Below, piece by piece: positions 19,107 to 29,071 of a stretch of DNA of 64,000 nucleotides. The translations under genes and the position numbers were made by a program. The DNA is taken from the IMG/VR virus record IMGVR_UViG_3300031952_000001, positions 147,983 to 211,982 of that record; one strand, 5' to 3'. How positions within the stretch are numbered: position 1 is the first letter of the stretch; the number at the start of each line of letters is the position of its first letter. Under the pieces are notes generated by a model. It did not search any database and was not told the origin of the DNA. It saw only the letters and a list, made by a program, of their open reading frames with translations.

Positions 19107-19982
19107 ATGAAGACGATACGAATCGCAGAGTCCGGGGCCGTCGACCGCTTGGTCAAGTTCTTCAACGCGCGCCAGGCGGCGCTTGCGGACAGGCTCCAGC
19201 AAGTCCTGGACATGTACACGCCGACGAATTCAAGGTCGCCTGCGGGCAACCCCTACGTCGGTGAGGGTCTCGAAGGGCAGAAGTTCACCGTGACCCCAGC
19301 CCCCACCCAGGATCCCAGCCAGGAGCTGGCCTACGTCAAGGACAACACCGGCATGGAGGTCATCGTGGACCCCATGATCGCCATCCAGTACCTCCAGAAC
19401 GCTCCTCCGGAGGGTGTCTCCTTGGAGTCCATCTGGAACACCCTCAATCAGGTGAGCGCCGAGAGCCAGACCAGCGCGCTGACGTTCTCCGGACAGGATG
19501 AGGCCGCGGAGTCCGCTTGGGACCAGGCGATCACGGCTGCCCAGAGGAAGAGGGCCGTAAGCGAAGTCGAGGAGGCCATCAAGGAGCAGGTTGAGTTCTA
19601 CAAGAGCCAGCTCGACGAGGACACGAAGCGCAAGATTCAGATGCTGAACGAGGACCTGTACAACGGCCCTCTCTACGTGAATCCCGAGGATCCCGACGAG
19701 TGGTCCTACGCCAGCGCTGAGGAGGGCTACGTTGCCTTCGATTTCCAGGCTGCCAGCCGAGAGGTTATGGGCATCCTTCAAGACGTCGTCCAGGGCTTCT
19801 ACGTCGACGAGTACGGAGGTACCTACAGCTCCGAAAACGAAGCCTATCAGATGGCGAACTTGGGGTCGGATCGCGATCCTGAAGACGAAGACGACCCCTG
19901 GCTGCCCATGCTTTGGGAGGTAGAATCCGGTCAGATCATCGAGAAGATCCTCGGCAAAGAGCTGTACAACACGATCAGGTAG
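19107..19982 (+). CDS. acidic hypothetical protein (possible virion internal protein)
   Basis: GGAGG RBS; class II promoter. Confidence 0.7.
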   Translation: MKTIRIAESGAVDRLVKFFNARQAALADRLQQVLDMYTPTNSRSPAGNPYVGEGLEGQKFTVTPAPTQDPSQELAYVKDNTGMEVIVDPMIAIQYLQNAPPEGVSLESIWNTLNQVSAESQTSALTFSGQDEAAESAWDQAITAAQRKRAVSEVEEAIKEQVEFYKSQLDEDTKRKIQMLNEDLYNGPLYVNPEDPDEWSYASAEEGYVAFDFQAASREVMGILQDVVQGFYVDEYGGTYSSENEAYQMANLGSDRDPEDEDDPWLPMLWEVESGQIIEKILGKELYNTIR

Positions 19983-19991
19983 TCCCACCTC

Positions 19992-20020
19992 TTGACATCT
20001 CGCACAGGCTGATCTATAGT
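19992..20020 (+). promoter_or_regulatory. class I promoter
   Basis: TTGACA-17-TATAGT. Confidence 0.8.
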
Positions 20021-20062
20021 ATCACAGTACGGCAGTGGGGGCGAACGCCCTTCGGAGGTGCT

Positions 20063-20785
20063 ATGAGCCAAGTCGACGAGCTGACCGGCCTCTTCTCTGG
20101 GTTCCGAAAGACCATGCCCACCATCCCGCATCCTGCGAAAGTGCAGTACCGGAACTACTGGGTGCAGGAGGCTGCGCACAGCCTTCCGATACCGGCATCC
20201 GTACGCTTCGCGAATGGCAACCCTGATGGGGTCATGATCTTGGGCGTCCAAGGGTCCTACTTCCCGACCATGATCTTCTCCTGGGGACCCCAGGTGGTGT
20301 ACACCGAACTCGACGCGAGCTTCGACGATGTGGCCCTGGCTCATGCCCGTCGGAGGGTGTTCGATGGGCAGGACGAGAAGGACAACTTCTGCCCGATCTG
20401 CGAGCAGCGGGTGAAGCTCTACCGGCGCAAGCTCCACACGGAGATGGCACTGTTCCTGATCAAGCTGGTCAAGGCGTACCAGAAGGAGCCGCGGTGGTAC
20501 TCCACGCGCGAGCTGCTGCCGGCGACGTCCAAGGCGGCTACCGACGGTGCCTACTTGACACGGTGGGGCCTGGTGGAGAAGATGCCTTCCATGAACTCCG
20601 CGGGCGGCAAGGCCGGCATGTACCAGCCGACTCAGAAGGGCATCGACTTTGCCCAAGGGAAGAGCATGGTCGCGTCCCACGTCCACATCATCTGTGGGAA
20701 AACTGTGGGGTTCTCGGAAACCCCTGTTTTCATTGAGAATTGTCTGTGCAAAAAATTCAATTACGCCGAGCTGATGTTCGGCTGA
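20063..20785 (+). CDS. hypothetical protein with CPIC motif and C-terminal winged-helix-like region
   Basis: GGAGG RBS before MSQVDE; LTRWGLVE...GMYQPTQKGIDF. Confidence 0.65.
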   Translation: MSQVDELTGLFSGFRKTMPTIPHPAKVQYRNYWVQEAAHSLPIPASVRFANGNPDGVMILGVQGSYFPTMIFSWGPQVVYTELDASFDDVALAHARRRVFDGQDEKDNFCPICEQRVKLYRRKLHTEMALFLIKLVKAYQKEPRWYSTRELLPATSKAATDGAYLTRWGLVEKMPSMNSAGGKAGMYQPTQKGIDFAQGKSMVASHVHIICGKTVGFSETPVFIENCLCKKFNYAELMFG

Positions 20786-20797
20786 GAGGAGGCCTCG

Positions 20798-21316
20798 ATG
20801 GCGCAGAAGACCAAGGTGAAGATCACAACCATGACCCCGAAGACGAGAAAGAAGCTCGTGGCGAAGGCCAGGCCGTTCTCCGTGGTGAACCCCTTGGAGA
20901 AGGCGAAAGTTCTGGAGGAAGACCCCACCCTCGCGTACTTCATGGGGTCCGCGGAGCGGAAGGAGCATCTGAAGATCATCGAGAGCCTGAAGGCCCAGCT
21001 CGAAGAGGCTCGTAAGAGCTGCACCTCTAAGGAGGATCAGCAGTTCTTCTCGAACTACGCCGGCACGAGCGAGTTCCTGTACAACTCCGAGAGCGTCAGG
21101 GCGACCACGAGCTACGAAGCCCTCCAGAAGATGATCCACCTCTGGGAGGCCGAGGTCGTCCACCGCAAGGTGCTCGCCAAGGCCCTCAACAACTTCAGGA
21201 TGCTGCACGCCGACAGGCCGGTCCAGGTCTGCCCGTCTTGCGGGCTGGTCACGTCCTCCAAGATCCAGCAGACCATGCTTTGCCCCGACTGCAAGAGGAC
21301 CTTTAAGAAAAACTAG
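20798..21316 (+). CDS. hypothetical protein with C-terminal zinc ribbon
   Basis: CPSC...CPDC; strong RBS. Confidence 0.65.
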   Translation: MAQKTKVKITTMTPKTRKKLVAKARPFSVVNPLEKAKVLEEDPTLAYFMGSAERKEHLKIIESLKAQLEEARKSCTSKEDQQFFSNYAGTSEFLYNSESVRATTSYEALQKMIHLWEAEVVHRKVLAKALNNFRMLHADRPVQVCPSCGLVTSSKIQQTMLCPDCKRTFKKN

Positions 21317-21388
21317 CGAGATAGGGTAAAATCTCGACAAGAAACCGGCGTGGTACTGTGATATAGTGGCCGGGCTAAGGAGGACCTC

Positions 21389-21868
21389 ATGAAAGGACGC
21401 CCCGGATTCTGGATGCCCCCGGTTGAAAAACCGGAGGACGTGGGCATTTCGAGTGAAGACTCGTTGAACCGCATCGCGAACTCCCTCCCGGAGGCCGCCT
21501 TCCAGCTCGCGGCTCAGCGGGCTGCGCAGATGGGTCTGGAGTACGGGAACAGCGAGGTCTTCGACGGCGACCCGGGCTACCCCGACGAGAGGGGCTATGG
21601 TGGGGGCGGAGGCGGTGGTGGCCGGCAGGTCGAGGCGAACTTCGACGGCATCGCGGACGACGACCTGTACCGGGTCGCTCGCGCGCTGTACAAGTCCGGC
21701 CAGCCCGAGCAAAGCGTCGAGATGGACGACGGCTCCATCGTCGAGCTGCACCCTGATGACCTGGCGATCCTCATCGTCCGCCAGGGACGCTCCATGAACC
21801 ACGTCGACATCCGCTCGGCCCGCTCGATCCGGCATCTGGACCAGATGTGGTCGGAAATCGTCGGCTGA
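21389..21868 (+). CDS. hypothetical protein
   Basis: AAGGAGG RBS. Confidence 0.7.
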   Translation: MKGRPGFWMPPVEKPEDVGISSEDSLNRIANSLPEAAFQLAAQRAAQMGLEYGNSEVFDGDPGYPDERGYGGGGGGGGRQVEANFDGIADDDLYRVARALYKSGQPEQSVEMDDGSIVELHPDDLAILIVRQGRSMNHVDIRSARSIRHLDQMWSEIVG

Positions 21869-21874
21869 CCTCGG

Positions 21875-21906
21875 TTTAAAGATTCGACATCCGCGCGTGG
21901 TATAGT
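21875..21906 (+). promoter_or_regulatory. class II promoter
   Basis: TTTAAAGATTC...TGGTATAGT. Confidence 0.7.
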
Positions 21907-21930
21907 GTCCCCTGTCCAAGGAGGACCTCT

Positions 21931-22710
21931 ATGCGTAAATCCGGGCTGACTAGCGGCACTAGGGATCATCTTCGCCGGCTCACGGCCGAGAAGGTGGGCG
22001 GGATGAACCTGGACGAGGTGGTCGCGTCCCTGCCGAAGCCGCAGCCGGTTCGCCAGAAGCCTCGGCAAGCTCAGGTCCAGAAGGCCCCTCCGGTTCCCGC
22101 CCGCCAGGCCTGGGAGTACAAGGAGCCCGACTCCGACCGGGACATCTTCATGACCGTCCTCAACGAGGAGGCCAAGGATCCCATGGCGGAGCAGAGCAGC
22201 AAGCTCCTGGACGACACCCTCAAGGACATGCGGAAGGGCCCAGGGATCACCCCCGGGCTGTCCCCGAAGCGCCCGAAGGGCATGCCGAAGAGCCCCCTGA
22301 AGAAGGACTGGACTCTCCGGTCCGCTCAGAGGTTTCTTGCCCTCCTGAAGAGGGCCTACGACATCCGGAACTTCTACGTCGAGGACTCCGAGGGCCCCCA
22401 GGCCCCGGTGTCGATCTCGGCGTCCTTGAACATCCCGATGGCCGGGAGCGAGCGGGGTGTCAACGACCTCGAAGAGTACGTCTCCGACGTCATCACCCAG
22501 GCCTTGAACCTCGGCGGGGAGCACCAGCTGATCGTCACCGCGAAGAACGGATCGGTCGCTTCGGTCAGTGGCGCAACCCCGCCGCCGGTCTCGGTGAACC
22601 TCGAAGGCTTCGATCCGACCAAGGAGGCCGAGCTTCGCACCTTGATCGAGGGCCTGGTCGTGGAGGCCGTGGCGCAGTTCGCGGACAGCAGAGGTAGGAC
22701 CCGAGCGTAG
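21931..22710 (+). CDS. hypothetical protein (late-expressed candidate)
   Basis: AAGGAGG RBS; class II promoter. Confidence 0.7.
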   Translation: MRKSGLTSGTRDHLRRLTAEKVGGMNLDEVVASLPKPQPVRQKPRQAQVQKAPPVPARQAWEYKEPDSDRDIFMTVLNEEAKDPMAEQSSKLLDDTLKDMRKGPGITPGLSPKRPKGMPKSPLKKDWTLRSAQRFLALLKRAYDIRNFYVEDSEGPQAPVSISASLNIPMAGSERGVNDLEEYVSDVITQALNLGGEHQLIVTAKNGSVASVSGATPPPVSVNLEGFDPTKEAELRTLIEGLVVEAVAQFADSRGRTRA

Positions 22711-22711
22711 A

Positions 22712-24844
22712 ATGCCGCAGGTCAGGCACACACTCAAGATCTCTAACTTGACCCACCTTACGGGTCAGGGACACCCCTTGTCTCTCGTCGGCGGAGACAT
22801 CACAGGTGGTGCGCGGAAGACCGTGAAGCTCACGGTCCCGGTTCAGTCGTACATCGTGCTGGACCTCCACGAAGTCCAATTCGATGCCGACTTTGCGAAC
22901 ACCTTGAGCGAGTGGATCGATCAAGGCATGGTCGAGGTGCGCCTCGATGGGTTCCTCCAGACCTCGGCCCAGGTGAGCACCTACAAGTACGGAGGGGCCA
23001 GTGTCCCGGGGGCGAACTTCTTCACAGATCTCCAGGACGTCCCTGCCGACTATTCCAGCCATGCAGGGGAGCAGGTCATAGTCAACCCGACCGAAGACGG
23101 CTTGGAGTTTGGCCCCGCGGCAGGTTCCATCAACATCTTGTTCAACGGTGCCCCTCTCGGACCTGGGGTCACGAAGCTGAACTTCGTCAACGGACAGGAT
23201 CCGGCTGCGTACGACGGTGTGCTCGCGCAGCTGGACTCCGATCCGACCCAGGTCAACGCCTTCATCCACCCGCCGGCCTTCGTGTCGCACTTCAACACGA
23301 TGGACGGGACGACGAACGCCCTGGTGCCGGCGTATGCGACCTTCAACAGGTACCTCTCGAACCCGGGCGCGTTCGACATCACCGGTTGGGTGGCCGGAAA
23401 CACCTACGCCGGCTTCCATCAGACACCTCCGGGCGTCGGCGGCCCGATCCCCTACACCCTGGCGGGGAACTTCTCGATCCTGCTGAACGACGGCAGCTCG
23501 ACGTTCCGCGTCTTCGTGACGAGTGCGAGCGGAGCGATCCTTGCGGACCACGGCCCGGTCGGCATCCCCGCGGTCGGCTACAGCGCGACGGTCAACAACA
23601 TCACGATCAACATCGGCGCGCTGGCGGGGGACTCGTACAAGTTCCAGGCGAGCCTGTCCGTGTCGGTCCTCATCGACAACATCATCCCCCTGGGCGGCAA
23701 GTACAGCATCACCCTGGTGCACGACGATGGGGCCGAGGGCATCTTCACCTACAGCAGCGGCAACCTGTTCCACGATCCGAACACGAACCCCGCGGTGATC
23801 TCGGGTGGCCCTCCCCCGATCACCATCGTCGACAACGTCATCGTCGGGAAGTGGCTGAGCGGCATCCGCTACTACATCCGGAACGACACGTTCACCATCG
23901 GCATCACCGGGATCGACAACATCAACTGCGAGTCCTACCCGCAGCCGTTCGTGACGCTCAACGCCACGGACTGGGGGATCGGGAGCGGTGGTGGTCTCGG
24001 CTGGCTCACGCTGAACAGCGCGGACCTGATCGGCTGGACAACCGCCTGGAACAACACGGGCGCGTCCCACTCGGCGACCTACACGATCACCCGGGTGAAC
24101 TACCGCTTCATCAGCCCGGCGAACGCCTTCGTCTACTCCCGTCCCGAGGACTGGGTTTCTGGCGCGTGGGTGAACGACGGCGGGAACGCGGTCTGCATCG
24201 ACACGTTCCTGCCCGACAGTGACGGGCTGAACGAATACTACACGGACGAGGCTCGCCGCCGGACCGCGTTCAACCTGGTCGGTGCGTACAACCCGGGCGT
24301 GGCTTGGGTCAGCACCCAGGACATGCAGGCCTACGACGACAACGCCGGGGCCATGGTGCAGTCAGGACAGCTCCAGAGGCGCGTCACGAACTGGACGGGT
24401 CACCGACCGGGCCTGGGGGCGAACGCGGACTACAGTGGCGCTCAGCCCGCCACGCAGACGTTCTACCGCCGCTACCAGGCCAGCGACGGGACCTACCATG
24501 GGAGCTGCCGGTTCACGTTCAACAACGCAGCCGTCGTGGCGGACTTGCTCGCGAGCCGAACCCGCCTCTGGGTCTTCATCCCGAACGGCGTCTGGCGCAT
24601 CCGCGGCCGGGCCCACAGCGGAGTGCTGTGGGCGGCGACCTTCAACCTGGTCGTTCAGAATGGTGGCGTGTACGACAACGTACTCGACGTGCCGATCTAC
24701 ACGGCGAGCGCCGGCAACACCTTGGACGTGTCGTTCGGATCCTTCGGTCTGGGCGGCGCGTACATGCCGATCAACTATTTCGAAATGCACCTGGAGCTGA
24801 CCGCACTGTCGACGGCCGTCAGTTCCATTCAGGTCAGCTGGTAG
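22712..24844 (+). CDS. virion structural/fibre protein
   Basis: N-terminal domain shared with the 17359 protein; FTDLQDVP repeat; Gly/Thr/Asn-rich beta composition. Confidence 0.7.
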   Translation: MPQVRHTLKISNLTHLTGQGHPLSLVGGDITGGARKTVKLTVPVQSYIVLDLHEVQFDADFANTLSEWIDQGMVEVRLDGFLQTSAQVSTYKYGGASVPGANFFTDLQDVPADYSSHAGEQVIVNPTEDGLEFGPAAGSINILFNGAPLGPGVTKLNFVNGQDPAAYDGVLAQLDSDPTQVNAFIHPPAFVSHFNTMDGTTNALVPAYATFNRYLSNPGAFDITGWVAGNTYAGFHQTPPGVGGPIPYTLAGNFSILLNDGSSTFRVFVTSASGAILADHGPVGIPAVGYSATVNNITINIGALAGDSYKFQASLSVSVLIDNIIPLGGKYSITLVHDDGAEGIFTYSSGNLFHDPNTNPAVISGGPPPITIVDNVIVGKWLSGIRYYIRNDTFTIGITGIDNINCESYPQPFVTLNATDWGIGSGGGLGWLTLNSADLIGWTTAWNNTGASHSATYTITRVNYRFISPANAFVYSRPEDWVSGAWVNDGGNAVCIDTFLPDSDGLNEYYTDEARRRTAFNLVGAYNPGVAWVSTQDMQAYDDNAGAMVQSGQLQRRVTNWTGHRPGLGANADYSGAQPATQTFYRRYQASDGTYHGSCRFTFNNAAVVADLLASRTRLWVFIPNGVWRIRGRAHSGVLWAATFNLVVQNGGVYDNVLDVPIYTASAGNTLDVSFGSFGLGGAYMPINYFEMHLELTALSTAVSSIQVSW

Positions 24845-24853
24845 GAGGAGAAC

Positions 24854-26155
24854 ATGTCGCTCGAAGGACGGTTGGAAAGCATTGTGCAGGATGGGGACGA
24901 GGTCATCTTGACCTATCGCGAGAGCGATACCACCTCGACGGTCCGCCGGCTTCAGCTGTCGGAGTTCGAGCGGCAGTTCGGCATGCTCTCCCTGTTCAAC
25001 AAGAACAAGGAGTCCATCTCCGTCGACCCGGCGAAGGACGATCCGGAGATCGACACGCTCCAGGAGCTGGCGAACTTCCGGCAGGAGGTCCTGGAGGACC
25101 TGAAGAAGCGCGGCTCACTCTTGCAGGCGAGTTACGACTCCCTGAAGGACTTCATCACGACGACCCTCGTCCAGCGTGAGAAGCTCGCTTCGGGCCTGAA
25201 CGACAGTACAGGCAAGAGCCTCGCCTCTGTCGCCATGCTGCTGGAGCAGTCCAAGGAAGCCCAGAACAAGGCCTTGGACACCATCATCGGCCGCGACCAG
25301 ACGATCCGGGCCATCATGTCCGACCTGGAGACCCGGAAGGAGTGGACCTGGGACAACGCCCGCCGCGTGCAGCGCGAGGTCGAGCTGAGCAACGCGGCTC
25401 TGGCCGAGTTCAAGGCCAAGACCGAGAAGCAGCTCACCGACATGAACGTTGCGTTGACGGCGAAGATGAACTCCTTCGACGGCATGTTGCAGAGGCTCCA
25501 GACCGACAAGGACATCATGATCAAGGGTGTCGTCTCGGACGCCGAGCGCCTCATCGCGCAGCACCGGGCCGCCCTGGACGACAAGACCGAGATGCTGCGG
25601 ATGCAGCAGATCGACATGTACAAGAATTCGTACCTGGAGAACGAGCTGATCCGCCGCACCGCGGTCGAAGCCGAGAAGGCCGGCATCGCGCAGCGGCAGT
25701 TCGACTCCTTCCAGAAGAAGATCGAGGAGAAGCTCGGGGCCATCAAAGAGACCCTCGCCGTGCAGAAGGCACGCCTGGGTGAGGGCTTCCAGCTGCCGGC
25801 CGAGCTGGTCGAGAGTCTCCTGAAGGAGGACCACTTCTCCGACCTCCAGAAGGCCATCGACCGGGAGTCCGTGGAGGTCGAGGAGCTGAAGGCCAAGCTG
25901 AACATCTGCGAGAGCCAGGCGGTCAAGGTCCGGGAGCTGTTGACCACCCTCATGAAGGCCTTGCAGGACGCTCCTGCGGAGGTCTTCGAGCTGGTGACGC
26001 AGCTGGACGAGAAGGCGAAGTCCTGGACCGAGAAGGTCGGCCTGCTGGAGACCGAACTGAAGAAGCGCGGTGCTCTGAAGGAGCTGACGAAGGTCGAGGT
26101 CGTGGAGAAGACCGAGGAGAAGAAGGGGTTCTTCAAGAGGTTGATCGGGAAGTAG
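24854..26155 (+). CDS. long coiled-coil protein
   Basis: Heptad-rich E/K/L/Q sequence; AGGAGG RBS. Confidence 0.75.
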   Translation: MSLEGRLESIVQDGDEVILTYRESDTTSTVRRLQLSEFERQFGMLSLFNKNKESISVDPAKDDPEIDTLQELANFRQEVLEDLKKRGSLLQASYDSLKDFITTTLVQREKLASGLNDSTGKSLASVAMLLEQSKEAQNKALDTIIGRDQTIRAIMSDLETRKEWTWDNARRVQREVELSNAALAEFKAKTEKQLTDMNVALTAKMNSFDGMLQRLQTDKDIMIKGVVSDAERLIAQHRAALDDKTEMLRMQQIDMYKNSYLENELIRRTAVEAEKAGIAQRQFDSFQKKIEEKLGAIKETLAVQKARLGEGFQLPAELVESLLKEDHFSDLQKAIDRESVEVEELKAKLNICESQAVKVRELLTTLMKALQDAPAEVFELVTQLDEKAKSWTEKVGLLETELKKRGALKELTKVEVVEKTEEKKGFFKRLIGK

Positions 26156-26226
26156 GGACGAATAGGTATGCACGAATCTTGCAAATCTATGCAGTCTGAA
26201 AACCTCAAGAAAGAGGTTTCATAGTC

Positions 26227-27477
26227 ATGGCTTTCCTCTCGGAAGAATTAGTTAATTTCTCATTTAAGGGGTGGAACGCCCTTCTGGGCACGGCTAATAG
26301 AAATACATCGCCCAACAATCTAGCGTGGTACGAAGAATTCTACCCTGCCGACGTCGAGGTGAAGCCCCTTCAGATCCTCGTCGAGTTCGACCAGATCCCG
26401 ATTGCCCCGGATCTCGTGACCGCGCAGGCGAACGCCGCGGCGGCCCCATCGAGGATCGCGGACTACTCCCTGGCGACAACCGCTATTCGGCTCACGCCAA
26501 CGGTCAACCAGACTGCGTTCTTCGCTCTGAGCACCTTCGGTGACTGGACGACAAGAATGCAAAACTGGTTGCTCCCCCAGCACTACCCCTTGGCGGACGG
26601 AACCCCCTCGTTCGGGTACCAGGTGCGGCTGTGGAACGGTGATCCGAATGCCGGTGGTGTCGAGATCTTTCCAACTACTGGAAAAATCGATGCTTTTACC
26701 GCTTGGACCTTCTCGTACGGTGCCGGCGCTATCGTCATCGCCTCGAACGCAGTGGCGGCACTCATCACCGACGTCAACCAGGTATATATTCAAGGATTTC
26801 AATACGTTGGCCCCACGGGTGTCGTCGCCAGCACGGCGAAGATCTTCACGTACCCCTTCACGGCGCAGATGGCGATCACGGTGCCCCACAACCTGGGGAC
26901 GAAGCGGCTGCTGTCCTACATCCACGACGACGGCACCAACGATTTCGAGATCACCGGGGTGGCGGCGACCTGGCGGTACACGGACGACAACAACATCGAC
27001 ATCACCTTCGCGACCCCGACCTCGGGGGTGGTCGTCGTGGGCAGCTTCGACGGCGAGACGTTCTACGGGGACTACGCCTCCGCGGTGAACCTGGTGCACG
27101 AGCATGCGTTCAACCAGAACCACGGGTACAACACGTACGACCCGGTGACCTTCGACGACTACAGGTACGCCCTGTCGGCGTACACCTTCAACGGGGCCTA
27201 CCAGGACCTGTCGAGCTGGGTGGCGGCTCGGGATGCGGAGTTCTGGCTGGTCGCAGGGATGCCGCGCCGGTACATGCAGACGTTCCCCAGCTCGACGACC
27301 TGGGTCGTGCAGCACAACCTCGGCCGGCGGGAGGTGTTCCTGAGCGTCCAGGGCATCGGGGCCCTCGTCGGCGTGGACATGTACTCCATGGCGGCTACCG
27401 TGCAGAGAAATCTGAACAATGTGACAATAACATGGGCTACTGCGAAGGCTGGCCGTGTTATGGTAGGGACAATCTGA
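26227..27477 (+). CDS. virion structural protein with two HNLG fibre-type repeats
   Basis: ITVPHNLGTK and WVVQHNLGRR domains. Confidence 0.7.
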   Translation: MAFLSEELVNFSFKGWNALLGTANRNTSPNNLAWYEEFYPADVEVKPLQILVEFDQIPIAPDLVTAQANAAAAPSRIADYSLATTAIRLTPTVNQTAFFALSTFGDWTTRMQNWLLPQHYPLADGTPSFGYQVRLWNGDPNAGGVEIFPTTGKIDAFTAWTFSYGAGAIVIASNAVAALITDVNQVYIQGFQYVGPTGVVASTAKIFTYPFTAQMAITVPHNLGTKRLLSYIHDDGTNDFEITGVAATWRYTDDNNIDITFATPTSGVVVVGSFDGETFYGDYASAVNLVHEHAFNQNHGYNTYDPVTFDDYRYALSAYTFNGAYQDLSSWVAARDAEFWLVAGMPRRYMQTFPSSTTWVVQHNLGRREVFLSVQGIGALVGVDMYSMAATVQRNLNNVTITWATAKAGRVMVGTI

Positions 27478-27486
27478 GGTGCATCG

Positions 27487-28926
27487 ATGAAGCAGCCATA
27501 CGGAAACGCGCTACCGGCAGCCCCCACCAGGGGGGACTCCTGCTTCCGTGACGATGGGACTCTGCACTTCTGCTACACAGATGGAGTCTGGACTCAGATC
27601 AGCGGCGGGGCCTCTGCGTTCACGGACCTCACGGATGCTCCGGCGTCCTACGTCGGACAAGCGGGGAACGTCGTTTCGGTCAACCCGGGCGAGACCGGGT
27701 TGCAGTTCAGTCCCGCGGGCGGGACTTCTCGGCTGGAGTATGGCACTGCGGTTGTAGTCCAGGGGGATTCTACCAATTGTATAAGAATTGATTTCCCCCC
27801 TGAAGTGAACAGGCACGCGGCCGACATGTACAATCATCCGGGTGAGTATTTCGGTAAATGTAAGTTTGATGTCTTTGAAATTACAGGGGGGACACCAGCT
27901 AGCATTGTAAACTCCTGGCTCGGTCAAAGTTTTGCCAATATTGCAGCTCTGTATGCCTTCATACTCGCTAACTTTATTCCGGGGAGTGGTCCAGGAAGGG
28001 TAGCGAACTGGGCCCTCATCAAGTGGTACGATGAAATCGACGACACCTATACACAGATTTCCAAGATCTGGGGGATCAACAAGTTCTACTCCATGCTGCG
28101 CGGCCGGGAGCACTACCGGGATTCCATTTACTGCCTCACCCCGGAGTGCATCCGCTGGAATAGGCTTGCTCTCTGGTTCGAGGACCTCTGTAACCAGAAC
28201 GTAGGGTTCGGACCGGGACACACATACAACCCTAATGATGAAAAAGCGATCTGGGTGTCCCGTAACGAAAAGAAGATGTACGGCCTGCCTCGTGCAGGGT
28301 TCACTTCATTTATAACCTCCGCTGGAGATCGGCGCATCTGGGACTGGGGTTCCTCTAGTTTTGACCCGCTTCCGGTACCGGTTGCTTATGTAAATACACC
28401 CTCTTGGGGGCTACCGCTCATGTACTGCCACCTCGACGTCAACACCGTTAGTTGGAGGTGGGATCCTGTTACCAATTATCTGTTCATGTATAATACCTCC
28501 CGTACTACATCGAGCACGGTGGTCTTATATGCCATGGAGTCTTCAGCTGACCCCAACCATCGGTCTTTGTTCTTGAAACCGCTCGGAATAGACCGCCTTG
28601 GTTTTAATTGGTTCGACTGCAGTATTTACGATCTGTACGGCCTCTATACCAGAAAAAATACGTCTCCTATCATACGGCAGCTTGCTGGCATTGCCCAGGA
28701 GACCGCCTCTCGTGACTTCGTGTGGGTCAACCGTCCCGGCTGGGACGTGGTTGCCCTCGGCCCTCAGGCTCGCTTATCGAAAAACATGGTGGGCTTGCAG
28801 CCCTGGACTACACAGTTTTTCCTGAGGGACAAAACGACCAAAAAAATATCTCGCGTCTCTGTAGCTCGCGTTGTTCGTTCTCAGAGGCACTACAACGCGC
28901 CCTTCAAGTACGAGGTGCGAAGATGA
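27487..28926 (+). CDS. virion fibre-associated protein, paralog A
   Basis: FTDLTDAP repeat; C-terminal region homologous to 30959-32146. Confidence 0.7.
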   Translation: MKQPYGNALPAAPTRGDSCFRDDGTLHFCYTDGVWTQISGGASAFTDLTDAPASYVGQAGNVVSVNPGETGLQFSPAGGTSRLEYGTAVVVQGDSTNCIRIDFPPEVNRHAADMYNHPGEYFGKCKFDVFEITGGTPASIVNSWLGQSFANIAALYAFILANFIPGSGPGRVANWALIKWYDEIDDTYTQISKIWGINKFYSMLRGREHYRDSIYCLTPECIRWNRLALWFEDLCNQNVGFGPGHTYNPNDEKAIWVSRNEKKMYGLPRAGFTSFITSAGDRRIWDWGSSSFDPLPVPVAYVNTPSWGLPLMYCHLDVNTVSWRWDPVTNYLFMYNTSRTTSSTVVLYAMESSADPNHRSLFLKPLGIDRLGFNWFDCSIYDLYGLYTRKNTSPIIRQLAGIAQETASRDFVWVNRPGWDVVALGPQARLSKNMVGLQPWTTQFFLRDKTTKKISRVSVARVVRSQRHYNAPFKYEVRR

Positions 28927-28938
28927 CAAGTTTATGCA

Positions 28939-29022
28939 GGTCCGCGAAGCGTCAGTCGGACCACCTAAGGTCTGCGAAGTGTCAGTCAGACCACAATAGG
29001 CCCGCGAAGCGTCAGTCGGGCC
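28939..29022 (+). repeat. triple-hairpin array 1 (3 units, 30-bp period)
   Basis: GGTCCG/CGGACC, GGTCTG/CAGACC and GGCCCG/CGGGCC stems around CGAAG(C/T)GTCAGT. Confidence 0.9.
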
Positions 29023-29071
29023 ACTCAACGGATGCCCTCGTGATGAGGGCTTCACATAGGCAGTAGTCGCT

